A stretch of DNA of 64,000 nt. Origin: Ilyomonas sp. (lineage in GTDB: Bacteria > Bacteroidota > Bacteroidia > Chitinophagales > Chitinophagaceae). Positions 20,541-30,420 of this stretch are shown here, piece after piece. The notes below the pieces were generated by a model that saw only the letters and a list, made by a program, of their open reading frames with translations, did no database searches and was not told where the DNA came from. Each line of letters begins with the position of its first letter. Within the stretch, counting starts at the first letter, position 1. The position numbers were made by a program, and so were the translations under genes. The stretch covers positions 891,224-955,223 of the forward strand of contig OZ244776.1 of NCBI GenBank assembly GCA_965219515.1, read 5' to 3'.

Positions 20541-20901
20541 GGTTGTGAATGTGATTGCTTTATGATTTTAAAAAACACAATTTGCAATGTAACCGCTTTG
20601 CATGATTCTAATTGGTTTATTCTGAAAATTCTCTCTGTTTATTTTTTATCCTTTAACCGGATTCATTGTATTGTTCTCAATGTCGTTTTTGTAAAATTAT
20701 AAAAAAGGATTTTGGTTATTAAGCCGTAATACCACCGTACAATAGTTGTACGATAACGAACACCTGATAAAGTAAGAATCGCTACAACCTTCTCTGGCAG
20801 AAGCTTTCAGCCGTTGGCATATCCGTTGATAATTCGTAACCTGGTATGGTTAATAAAATAATACTGACCACTTACCAAATCACGACTCAAACATCATCAT
20901 T

Positions 20902-23310
20902 ATGCTTAAGAGTTATCTTACCATTGCCTGGCGCAATCTGAAAAGAAACAAAGTTTTTTCTTTTATTAATATTGCCGGTTTGTCTGCCGGCATTGCCGCA
21001 AGTATGCTGCTTTTTATTATTGTTCGATATGAAACCAGCTACGAAAAATTTCAGAAAAATTATAGTCGTATCTACCATATTGTAACAGCCATAGATTTCT
21101 CCGATGGCATAAGCTATAATCCGGGTATTGCTTATCCTGCGCTTTCTGCTTTGCGGGCAGACATGCCTGATGTAACATTCGCAGCAATAAATGCCACTTA
21201 CGGTAGTCAGGTAACGGTACCGCAAGCAAATACGGAAAACAGCAAAAAATTTATTGAAACCAAAGGAATCTTTTTTTGTGAGCCGCAACTTTTTAGTGTA
21301 TTTAGCAGCTATCAATGGCTTGCCGGTAAGGCAGATGTATTGAATGAACCCAACAGCATTGTGCTGAATAAAACAGAAGCCGTAAAATATTTTGGCAACT
21401 GGAAAAAGGCAATCGGAAAAACCGTTGTTATAGACAATACCATCACCGCAAAAGTAAACGGCATAATAGAAGATGTGCCGCAAAACACAGATTTGCCTTT
21501 GTGTGTTCTGATTTCATTTTCCACATTAAAAAGATATGGCAGCCTCTACAACTATACCGACGATTGGGGCAACACGAGCAGCAATCACCAGATATATGCT
21601 TTATCGCCGACAAATGTTTCTGCTGATAACATAAATAACCGGTTGATAAAGTTTAGCCGGGAACATTACGAGGACCGGAATAATAAAAAAACAAACTCTC
21701 TGCAGCCTTTATCCGATATGCATTACGACACGCGTTTCGAACTGTTTGGTGTGCCTGGCATGAGCCGCGCAACATTATGGACTCTCACTTTGATTGGCAT
21801 CGTAATCATTGTAATGGCTTGCATCAATTTCATCAATTTATCTACCGCGCAGGCTGTAAACAGAAGTCGCGAAGTAGGTATCCGCAAGGTATTGGGCGGC
21901 AACCGCAAAAGCCTTTTCCGGCAGATGATGGGCGAAACGGCTGTGCTGGTTGGTATTGCAGTTGTCATCGCCACGGGCATTGTATATCTGTCATTGCCAT
22001 ATCTTAAGCATATTGCATCCATTGAAGAAGAGCTAAGTTTGTTTACGCCGCAATCACTTATTATGTTGCTTTCTATCGGCGTGGCTGTTACCACATTGGC
22101 CGGTTTATACCCTGCTTTTGTACTATCCGGTTTTAACCCGATTACGGCTTTACGAAACAAAATCAACATGACAAAAAGCGGCGGCATCACTTTGCGAAGA
22201 GGATTGGTGATTACGCAGTTTGCCATATCTCAGGTATTAATTATTGCAACCATTGTCGCCATCAGCCAAATGGATTTTATCAACAAAGCGCCACTTGGAT
22301 TTAATAAAGATGCGGTGCTGGTATTGTATGACAATGCCGATAGTGCAATCGTAGCCAGACAAGCTTCATTTAAGCAACAATTACTTTCGCTGCCCGGTGT
22401 GCAAAACGTTTCGCTGAACAGCGATATGCCTTCATCGGATAACGGCTGGTCAACCAATTTTTCTTATAACCATCAGCCCGATGAAAAATACCAGTTGTAT
22501 TTAAAATTCGGTGATAAAGATTATTTGAACACGTATGGACTGCAATTGCTGGCAGGACGAAATTATACGCAAAGCGATACACTGAATGAAGTATTGGTAA
22601 ATGAAGAATTAGCCAACCGTTTAAGTCCTGAAAAACCGCAAGCTGTTGTCGGTAAAATGATAAAGCCCGGCGGCGGGCAATGGCACACGATTGTAGGCGT
22701 GGTAAAAGATTTTAAAACCACTTCTTTACGCGAACAAACCCGACCGTTATTAATCGGCACCAGCAACGATAGTTATTACAACATAGCCGTTAAACTGCAC
22801 ACAAATAATCTTACGGCGGCGCAGGCAGATATTGAGCGTGCGTGGAATAAGACTTACCCCGAGTATGCCTATAACGCGCAGTTTTTTGAAGATAGCATCA
22901 ACGATTTTTATAAGCAGGAAAATCAACTGTCGCTGCTATATAAAATTTTTGCCGGGCTTGCTATTTTCATTTCCTGTCTCGGCTTGTATGGTTTGGTTTC
23001 TTTTATGGCGGTTCAAAAAACAAAAGAAGTTGGCATCCGTAAAGTGCTGGGCGCGGGCATTGGCAACATCATATATATTTTTTCAAAGGAATTTACGGTG
23101 CTTATCGTGGTTGCATTTATCATTGCCGCACCCGTTGCCTGGTTTATCAGTAACAACTGGCTTCAGAATTTTGCATATAAAATCAATATCGGCATCTGGA
23201 TTTTTATTGTTGCCATTGCAGTTTCTGTTATCATCGCATGGATAACGGTAGGTTACAAAGCGATACAGGCTGCCGTTGCCAACCCGGTGAAAAGTTTACG
23301 AAGCGAATAA
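20902..23310 (+). CDS. ABC transporter permease, FtsX/MacB-like (duplicated FtsX domains)
   Basis: 802 aa. Starts MLKSYLTIAWRNLKRNKVFSFINIAGL and has REVGIRKVLG and KEVGIRKVLG motifs in the two halves. No ATPase gene is adjacent. Confidence 0.9.
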   Translation: MLKSYLTIAWRNLKRNKVFSFINIAGLSAGIAASMLLFIIVRYETSYEKFQKNYSRIYHIVTAIDFSDGISYNPGIAYPALSALRADMPDVTFAAINATYGSQVTVPQANTENSKKFIETKGIFFCEPQLFSVFSSYQWLAGKADVLNEPNSIVLNKTEAVKYFGNWKKAIGKTVVIDNTITAKVNGIIEDVPQNTDLPLCVLISFSTLKRYGSLYNYTDDWGNTSSNHQIYALSPTNVSADNINNRLIKFSREHYEDRNNKKTNSLQPLSDMHYDTRFELFGVPGMSRATLWTLTLIGIVIIVMACINFINLSTAQAVNRSREVGIRKVLGGNRKSLFRQMMGETAVLVGIAVVIATGIVYLSLPYLKHIASIEEELSLFTPQSLIMLLSIGVAVTTLAGLYPAFVLSGFNPITALRNKINMTKSGGITLRRGLVITQFAISQVLIIATIVAISQMDFINKAPLGFNKDAVLVLYDNADSAIVARQASFKQQLLSLPGVQNVSLNSDMPSSDNGWSTNFSYNHQPDEKYQLYLKFGDKDYLNTYGLQLLAGRNYTQSDTLNEVLVNEELANRLSPEKPQAVVGKMIKPGGGQWHTIVGVVKDFKTTSLREQTRPLLIGTSNDSYYNIAVKLHTNNLTAAQADIERAWNKTYPEYAYNAQFFEDSINDFYKQENQLSLLYKIFAGLAIFISCLGLYGLVSFMAVQKTKEVGIRKVLGAGIGNIIYIFSKEFTVLIVVAFIIAAPVAWFISNNWLQNFAYKINIGIWIFIVAIAVSVIIAWITVGYKAIQAAVANPVKSLRSE

Positions 23311-23408
23311 TTTTGAGTAGAGTTGAAGAAGAAATGCGATTGATGATTTAATAGATGCGCTTTATTGTCTTGCAGTTTTCAAAGTGATGTTTTGATTACA
23401 ATTTTGGA

Positions 23409-24050
23409 TTAAACCAAACTCAATTCATCCGGTTTATGATACTTCAGCTGTTGAAATTTTTTTGCCACATTTTCGATACGATGCTTATTAAATATAACGG
23501 CGGCCTGCCCGGGTTTCGATACGCCGTTGATGCCGGCAAGCCCTTGTATCGTCCATTTAAAATTCTGATTATTTTGCCGGTACCAGTTGTCGCGAAACAA
23601 TTTATAAGGTGGAAAAATATAATAACTGCTGTCTTTAATCAGATAATAGCTGCATGCTACATCGGTAACTTTTTCTGCCCATACCGATATATGTTCCAAT
23701 AATGGCGAAGTAGCCGGGTCAATAATGTAAAATGCCGTTTCGCCGTTTTCTGTTACCGGCAATGCGGCTGCTACATGATAGTTCCACAAATTCATCAGAC
23801 TGCCTTCCTGCCGCTTTAAATAGGCGCCGCCAAATACCCATCCTTTATAATTTGGAATGTTCCACTCCGTTAACAAAACACATATTGCGTTCGCCCTGTC
23901 TTCGCAATCATTGTTGGCATCGCTCCACCGAAAAAGAGAATTGTTTTTAAAATAATCAAATAACTTCTCAGCCTCAGTTTTTGTTATGGTTCGGGTATCT
24001 AACACAATGTCTGATAACATGGGTTCGTAAATGGTTTTCTGACCGTTCAT
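23409..24050 (-). CDS. protein-glutaminase-like (papain-fold Cys-His-Asp) protein, no signal peptide
   Basis: FRWSDANNDCEDRANAI ... WNYHVAAAL ... FYIIDPATSP parallels, from memory, FRYPVDGCYARAHKM ... WSYHVAILV ... RIIDPSLF of the Chryseobacterium protein-glutaminase. Start chosen at the internal ATG 24048-24050; the track ORF runs to 24173. Confidence 0.5.
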   Translation of the reverse strand: MNGQKTIYEPMLSDIVLDTRTITKTEAEKLFDYFKNNSLFRWSDANNDCEDRANAICVLLTEWNIPNYKGWVFGGAYLKRQEGSLMNLWNYHVAAALPVTENGETAFYIIDPATSPLLEHISVWAEKVTDVACSYYLIKDSSYYIFPPYKLFRDNWYRQNNQNFKWTIQGLAGINGVSKPGQAAVIFNKHRIENVAKKFQQLKYHKPDELSLV

Positions 24051-24248
24051 TATATGTTGCAAATATGATGGCGGCAAATGCAAGAATACAGCCAAATGAA
24101 TTTGTAAACGATTTGTTGATGCAAGTTTGCGACATGAACCAATATCATTTATTATTTTGATTGAGATATGCAATTGATGCTGTCAAAGCTTCGTTGCCAT
24201 TTTAAATTTTCTTTATCTTACCTCCGTTATGACCCGAATAGTTTTACT

Positions 24249-24257
24249 GTCTGATAC
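24249..24257. repeat. target-site duplication, left copy (GTCTGATAC)
   Basis: Identical 9-mer directly abutting both IS ends. Confidence 0.85.
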
Positions 24258-25360
24258 GGCTTTGTTGCATGAATCAATTTATAAGGTTTAAATAACCTAT
24301 CCTGGAATCGTTAAGCTACTTTTACGCTTATTGGTTTGCTTGTTTTCAATGTTATGTTTAATATTTTGCAACCAATTCTTACTTCTGTGAGTTGATTTTC
24401 TTTTCGTCTTGCCAATAACTTATCACCCACAATTGTTTTGTACCTGAACATCGTGGTTTCCGCTTTACTCCGCTGGTGATAACGGGTTTGAATTTTCCAT
24501 TCTTTTCGTCCTGTTTCCCCTATCGTTTCTATAGCTCTATCCCTTTGTTGTAAACAGGCATCCCCTTTTTTACTCATCACTGCGTTTTTCCTTGGCGGTA
24601 TAACCTGTTCTATATTGTCTTTTGCCAACCGTTTACGCACCTTCTTTTTATCGTAAGCACCGTCGCCTGTAAAACTTTTTACTTCCTTTTTGATCTGTGT
24701 CAATAAGGCATCCACTTCAGTGGCGTCATCAACCGCATTGGTAGTCAGTGTTACCGCTTCCACCTGTTGTGTCTGTTCATCCACTGCCACATGCAGTTTC
24801 ATCCAGGTGCGGTGCTTGCCCGCTCCATGTTTGCGAACTTTCCATTCCCCTTCTCCATATACCTTCAGACCCGTGCTGTCAACCACTATATCTGTAACCG
24901 TTCTGTTGCTCCCTCCTGTCTGCAGCTTCACATCCAAAGCCTTGCTGCGCCTGCAGATTACACTGTAATGGGGCACTTTTACATCTGCTTTTGTCAGTTT
25001 GAAAAAACTGCACATAAAGCCTTCCGTTTGCCGCAATGCCAAGTGGTATATCTTACGGATGGTAAGGCATATTTCTATAGCCCTATCACTGTATTGCTTC
25101 TGACCCCCACGCCTGTTCCCCTCACGGGGAGCTTTCCAATGATCTGCAATGTCTTTCTCTATCCATAAACACAAAGACCCGCGTTGCTGTAATCCATTAT
25201 TGTAAGCCGACCAATTTCTGACTTTGTACTTATCTTTACTCATCAGGTATAGATTGTGTTGTTAATGATGTTGTAACCACTAACTAACTAATCTATGCCT
25301 GTTCTTTTTTATAAGTGAATAACTATCGCTCATCTTTATATTTATTCATGCAACAACGCC
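24258..25360 (-). mobile_element. IS5-family, IS903-group insertion sequence (1103 bp)
   Basis: Terminal inverted repeats are GGCTTTGTTGCATGAATCAAT (left) and GGCGTTGTTGCATGAATAAAT (right, reverse complement). It carries a single transposase ORF and is flanked by a 9-bp direct duplication, as expected for IS903-like elements. Confidence 0.9.
24311..25243 (-). CDS. IS5/IS903-group DDE transposase
   Basis: 310 aa. NWSAYNNGLQQRGSL...VVDSTGLKVYGEGEWKVRKHG...FTGDGAYD...YHQRSKAETTMFRYK tracks the IS903 transposase along its whole length. The ORF is intact. Confidence 0.92.
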   Translation of the reverse strand: MSKDKYKVRNWSAYNNGLQQRGSLCLWIEKDIADHWKAPREGNRRGGQKQYSDRAIEICLTIRKIYHLALRQTEGFMCSFFKLTKADVKVPHYSVICRRSKALDVKLQTGGSNRTVTDIVVDSTGLKVYGEGEWKVRKHGAGKHRTWMKLHVAVDEQTQQVEAVTLTTNAVDDATEVDALLTQIKKEVKSFTGDGAYDKKKVRKRLAKDNIEQVIPPRKNAVMSKKGDACLQQRDRAIETIGETGRKEWKIQTRYHQRSKAETTMFRYKTIVGDKLLARRKENQLTEVRIGCKILNITLKTSKPISVKVA

Positions 25361-25369
25361 GTCTGATAC
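25361..25369. repeat. target-site duplication, right copy (GTCTGATAC)
   Basis: Identical to 24249-24257. Confidence 0.85.
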
Positions 25370-26055
25370 GCATAATTATCTCGACGAAGCCGTCTTTCAA
25401 TACTTTCAAAACTGCGATGAAATATGGCATGGCGGAGATTTTGGAACCATTGATATTGCAAACAGGTTACGGGCTTTTAAGCCGGTGAAAGGCGTATATG
25501 GAAATATTGACGGCTACGATGTAAGAAGTGAATTTCCTGAGCAGCTTATATTTTATTGCGAGGAAGTAAAAATAGTTATGAAACACATTGGCGGCTATCC
25601 CGGCCGGTATGCACCGGGCGTAAAACATGTAATAACCAAAGAGCATCCGCTTTTATTTATAAGCGGACATTCGCACATACTAAAAATCATGTACGATGAT
25701 AAGCTGCATTGCCTGCACATGAATCCGGGTGCGGCAGGCAATCATGGCTGGCATAAAGTGAGAACATTAATCCGTTTTGTGATAGATGGCAAAGAAATCA
25801 GAAACTGCGAAGTAATTGAGTTGGGAAGTAAAACGGGAAAAAGTTGAGTTGATGTTTTGAGTCAAAAAAAAGTCTGGGAATAATAACGAAAAAATTTAAA
25901 TTAGATCAACAATACAAAACTTTCAGGCTGTTTACATTTTTTGAATAAACAAATATCACGATTCAAAGGAAAAAAAAGTACACAAAATCTGATTGAGCAA
26001 ACGGCATTTTAAATATTTTGTAAGCTAAGTTGCTTAAAATTATTATTTTTCATCC

Positions 26056-26541
26056 ATGAAAAAAACAGTTTATTGTCTTTTTTTCGGTCTTCTTGTAAGG
26101 TCGGTTGTTTGCGCGCAATGCAAACCAATTGATCTTGCCACATTTAAAAATTATGTTACGGCAGCTAATATTACAAAAGAAGCATTGTTTACAAAAGCGG
26201 GCTTTAAAAAAAGCATAGATGTATATGATGCTGAAGCGGGACTCGCTCACAATTATACCGCCTGCTGGGTTGTTTATAAAGATGGGTACGCCAGATTTGC
26301 GCAGCAGATTATCTGGTATCCTGAGTACCGGCTTATTAGTGTAAATATGCTTGATAAAACCAATTTCGATAATGTAAAAGCTGCCATTGTCAAAACCGCC
26401 AAATACAATGGTATGGAGGCAGATAAAACCGAATCGTATCAGGATGAATCTTTTTTCTATTCGTTTCAGATCGTTGATGACAAAGAGCCGTTGCAAAAAA
26501 AACATCCTGCTTATGTTATTGCAATTGCACTAAGAAAATAA
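26056..26541 (+). CDS. small secreted hypothetical protein
   Basis: 161 aa with signal peptide MKKTVYCLFFGLLVRSVVCAQ and no recognised domain. Confidence 0.55.
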   Translation: MKKTVYCLFFGLLVRSVVCAQCKPIDLATFKNYVTAANITKEALFTKAGFKKSIDVYDAEAGLAHNYTACWVVYKDGYARFAQQIIWYPEYRLISVNMLDKTNFDNVKAAIVKTAKYNGMEADKTESYQDESFFYSFQIVDDKEPLQKKHPAYVIAIALRK

Positions 26542-27279
26542 CCACATCAGCCCGATATCAATGCTTAGCTTTCGCAGGCTGAATTGGTTACTGTGTGTGA
26601 AACAAAGCTTTCGCAGAAAAAATCAACAGCAAACAAATTTTCAAAACAACCCTTTTCTTTTCTTCCCTGTCTCACTCAAACGTCATTTTTATACTTCATT
26701 TTATTAATTGAATTACTGGTGACAAAGCATCTCTGTTAAAAATCCCGCCTTAAAAAATCAAAACAATTTCGGCCATTTATTTGAACCACTTCATTCATTT
26801 CATAAAATCTTGCAGCCGTGTATTGTGGCTCACCTGAAGCAAAGTTTCTTCTGAAACAAACAAAAAAAACGTGCCCGCTTACATTCTATCAAAAAAAGCA
26901 TTGATTTAGTGTAGAAAAATATCCACTTTCTATTTTTTGGAACGGTTATTGGAAAGTGCATCGCGCCAAAATTTAGATAAAAAAATTGTATACAGAGTAC
27001 CAAAATGTGGGTTAACCGTTGCTGAAATAACTGATCATTTTTTAATTCTAAAATTTTTGAGCGAAGAAAAGTGATACTCGATTTTTCGAGTCATCTGATA
27101 TCAAATAAAAAGTCAAAGCAGTAAAAGCAAAGCAAATTTTTAAAGCAATCTGGTGTATTGTAAACCGGTTTTATATCCATTTATACTTATTGGGTAAGGG
27201 ATAGAAGCATGCTTTTGCCATTCATTTCAGATTCTGGCAACAACAACAAAAAAGTAATTTTTTAAATAATATAACATCT

Positions 27280-30200
27280 ATGAGAAAATTTATTCTACCC
27301 ATTTTGCTTCTTCATTTTGCCGTTGCCGTAAATGCAGCTACGTACTATTTTTGTGTAAGCTCTGGCGATGATTCGCGATCCTCTTCGCAGGCGCAAAATT
27401 CGGCAACGCCATGGAAAACCATTAACAAGCTGAATTCCATCATGTCAATTCTACGACCTGGCGACCAGGTGCTTTTTAAAAGAGGCGAAACTTTTTCCGG
27501 CGCCTTTACGGTTACCGTTTCGGGTTCAGGTAGCCAGCCCATTACTTTCGGGGCTTATGGTTCGGGCAATAAGCCGGTCATTTCGGGTTTTGCCAACTTA
27601 TCTGGCTGGACGCAGGTGCGAAGCAATGTTTGGGAGGCAGATTTTTCGCCTGCCGCCGGAAAAACAAATATGGTGGTGATGAAAAATAAAGTGCAGAAAA
27701 TAGGCAGATATCCAAACTTCAATACAAAGAACAAAGGATACCTTACCATAGATTCTCATTCAGGTTCTACGCAGCTTACCAGCAGCCAGCTTTCGTCTTC
27801 GCCAAACTGGGCAGGCGGCGAGGTGGTTATTCGAAAGACTCGCTGGGTTATAGATAGAAGCCGGATTAATTATCATTCGGGAAATACCATGGGGTTTGAT
27901 GCGGCTTCTATCTATAACCTCACCGATAAGTATGGTTTCTTTATTCAAAATCACACCAACACACTTGACCAGAACGGCGAATGGTATTACGACAACAACC
28001 GCAGAAAACTGCAGATGTATTTCAATAATAATCCCGGCTCACAAAAAGTAAAAGGCAGCGTAATAGAAACGTTGGTAACCATCAGTTTTCAAAACTATAT
28101 CAAGTTCGATAACCTGCAGTTTACCGGCGCCAATTCTTATGTGTTTAATCTCACCAATTCAAACAACATTACCGTAAATGCATGTGCAATAAACTTTACA
28201 GGAAATACGGCTGTATTAGGATTAAGCTCATATAATTTTACACTAAGCAATTCAAGTATTAACAATACAAATAACAATGCAATTTCTTTATATTGGAATT
28301 GTTCAAATGCTTCGATAACAAACAATGTAATAAAAAATACTGCTTTGATTCCTGGTATGGGTCAAAATAGCACTGGTACCAATCAGGGAATAAACATTTT
28401 AGGTAACAATAATTTAATACAGTACAACGAAGTGGATAGCAGTGGTGCTAACGGTATCCACTTTGAAGGCGACTATAGTACAGTTCAATATAATTTTGTG
28501 AACACTTTTGGGTTGACGGTTGATGATTGCGGTGGCATTTATACCGGTCAGGGTTTAGGAGATAATACACAACACAATAGCAAATCAATTCTCAACAATA
28601 TTGTATTAAATGGTATAGGAGCCGTGGAAGGAACAGACGATTATACTTATGTGCCAGCTAACGGAATTTATTTAGATGATAATAGTAATCATATAACTGT
28701 AATGAATAATACAGTAGCAAATTGTGCTCATGCTGGTATTTTCAATCACAACTCAACTTATACAAACATTACCAATAATACAATTTATAACAACAATAAA
28801 GAACAGTTTCTTGGAGTTCGTTCTTTTAACCCGGTAAGCAATGTAACCCTGACAGGAAATATTATGTTTTCTAAAACCGTTACACAATTTGTAAATAAAA
28901 TTGAGAGTTATTACGGATCTAATAATTTGTCTCAGTTCGGTAATTTTAATAATAATTACTATTGTCGTCCTATTGACAACAGTTATATATTTTATGATGT
29001 ATATACATCCGGCGGCAGGTATTATACATCTTATGAAACCTTAGACACCTGGCGATCGAAATTTGGTTTCGACGGCAATTCAAAAGGCGCGCCGGGCACC
29101 ATTCCGTCTTTTACCTACAGCTCATCCAAAGGCGTAAACATATATCCCAACGGAGGTTATCACCAGGATATAAATTATGTTTCCAAATACTCAACCATCA
29201 ACGATGTTTCTACGGTATGGAACCCCAATAAGCTTGATGCCGGCACGCTACAGGTAACAGCAAATAATTACTCGTCTTCTAATAATTTTTATTTAACGCT
29301 GCCCACGAATAATACTGTTCAGGCAGGCAAAACTTATCTGCTTACGTTCAGCCTTCAGGGGGGTGCAAATGGTCGTCCCATGACCGTTTATCTAAGACAA
29401 CAGGATTATCCGAATAGCGACCTAACATCGCGAACCATGATTCCGATACCAAACAACCGGAATGACTTTCAGTTTGGGTTTACAGCCAACAGCACATCGC
29501 GTGTGTCCATTGAGTTAGACGTTGCGGAACCCAATTCGGCTACCTGGATAGATAATGTTATGCTGCAGGAAGCAACGGTTAAACAGACCAATCCGAATGA
29601 TTACATCGTGTTTCAATACAATGCGGGCACTTCTGCCAAAAGCTTTACCTTAAACAACGGTACTTATTACGATGCAAAAGGAGCTACCTATAGCGGAAAA
29701 GTTACGCTGCAACCTTATACCTCTTTGGTATTGTTTAAGAAAACATCTCAAAGCCAGTTTAAAGTATCATCCGACGAATCGTTACAGGCAATAAACCTGC
29801 AGGGTAATCTGACCGATGCTTCCGTAAACGCATCTTCGATGTCTTCATCAAATTTAAATTGGCAGGTAGATAATCAAAATGAAGATGCATCTGTTTATGA
29901 AATAGAAAGATCGTCTGATGGCGTAAATTTTTTATCGGTTGGAAATGCAAGTGCAAAAAAAGCAGGTGACGAAACGGTAAATTATCAGTTTACGGATGGG
30001 AAGCCAAATAGCGGAAAGAATTATTACCGCATCAGGCAGCAGGATGAAAAAGGAACATTGGCTTTTAGTAAAGTGGTATTGATAAACAATATCAGTTTCA
30101 GGCTGAATCCGAATCCTGCCCGCGATGTTGTGCATCTGATGTTCGATCAGCCAATAAAAGAAGCGGATCATCTTGATAAAAACATTATCATTCGCAATGC

Positions 30201-30351
30201 AAACGGCGTTGTTGTAAAAACAATATTATTTCCGTTATCTCAAAATTTGAATCAGGTTGATATTGATGTATCATCCTTACAACAAGGCATGTATATCCTT
30301 AGCATTACATCAGAAGAAAAATCTTTCAGCAGGAAATTTTTGAAACAATAA
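27280..30351 (+). CDS. secreted right-handed parallel beta-helix protein with T9SS type-A C-terminal sorting domain (paralog 1)
   Basis: 1023 aa with a signal peptide ending VNA|ATYYF and a DUF1565-like cap (SGDD..PWKTI..PGD..RGETF). Has many N-rich PbH1-like repeats (NNTNNNAISL, ITNNVIKNT, NHITVMNNTVANC) and a beta-sandwich-like segment. Ends with LNPNPARDVVHL...GMYILSITSEEKSFSRKFLKQ. Confidence 0.85.
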   Translation: MRKFILPILLLHFAVAVNAATYYFCVSSGDDSRSSSQAQNSATPWKTINKLNSIMSILRPGDQVLFKRGETFSGAFTVTVSGSGSQPITFGAYGSGNKPVISGFANLSGWTQVRSNVWEADFSPAAGKTNMVVMKNKVQKIGRYPNFNTKNKGYLTIDSHSGSTQLTSSQLSSSPNWAGGEVVIRKTRWVIDRSRINYHSGNTMGFDAASIYNLTDKYGFFIQNHTNTLDQNGEWYYDNNRRKLQMYFNNNPGSQKVKGSVIETLVTISFQNYIKFDNLQFTGANSYVFNLTNSNNITVNACAINFTGNTAVLGLSSYNFTLSNSSINNTNNNAISLYWNCSNASITNNVIKNTALIPGMGQNSTGTNQGINILGNNNLIQYNEVDSSGANGIHFEGDYSTVQYNFVNTFGLTVDDCGGIYTGQGLGDNTQHNSKSILNNIVLNGIGAVEGTDDYTYVPANGIYLDDNSNHITVMNNTVANCAHAGIFNHNSTYTNITNNTIYNNNKEQFLGVRSFNPVSNVTLTGNIMFSKTVTQFVNKIESYYGSNNLSQFGNFNNNYYCRPIDNSYIFYDVYTSGGRYYTSYETLDTWRSKFGFDGNSKGAPGTIPSFTYSSSKGVNIYPNGGYHQDINYVSKYSTINDVSTVWNPNKLDAGTLQVTANNYSSSNNFYLTLPTNNTVQAGKTYLLTFSLQGGANGRPMTVYLRQQDYPNSDLTSRTMIPIPNNRNDFQFGFTANSTSRVSIELDVAEPNSATWIDNVMLQEATVKQTNPNDYIVFQYNAGTSAKSFTLNNGTYYDAKGATYSGKVTLQPYTSLVLFKKTSQSQFKVSSDESLQAINLQGNLTDASVNASSMSSSNLNWQVDNQNEDASVYEIERSSDGVNFLSVGNASAKKAGDETVNYQFTDGKPNSGKNYYRIRQQDEKGTLAFSKVVLINNISFRLNPNPARDVVHLMFDQPIKEADHLDKNIIIRNANGVVVKTILFPLSQNLNQVDIDVSSLQQGMYILSITSEEKSFSRKFLKQ

Positions 30352-30372
30352 AAAATTAATTTCACTATGATG

Positions 30373-30420
30373 ACCGGTAAAAGGCAGTTGAGAAACATTG
30401 CCTTTTACCGGTCTTTTTGT
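30373..30420 (+). terminator. rho-independent terminator after paralog 1
   Basis: 14-bp stem ACCGGTAAAAGGCA (30373-30386) / TGCCTTTTACCGGT (30399-30412), followed by CTTTTTGT. Confidence 0.7.

Larger units (their letters stand above)
24229..25847 (+). pseudogene. YfcE/MJ0936-type metallophosphoesterase gene split by IS insertion
   Basis: The 5' stub ATG..MTRIVLLSDT (24229-24257) and the 3' part from 25370 (HNYLDEAVF..HGGDFG..GNIDG..SGHSHI..) join in frame once the IS and one 9-bp duplication copy are removed. This restores the LSDTH motif. Confidence 0.85.

Noticed and set aside
20887-21483. 198-aa minus-strand ORF overlapping the start of the ABC permease.
   Set aside because: It is antisense to a confidently identified permease N-terminus, and its composition (Cys/Tyr/Phe/Ile-rich) is not protein-like.
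24690-25168. Plus-strand ORFs (92 and 133 aa) inside the IS element.
   Set aside because: They are antisense to the intact transposase and lack any known IS903 accessory-protein features. They are most likely chance ORFs.
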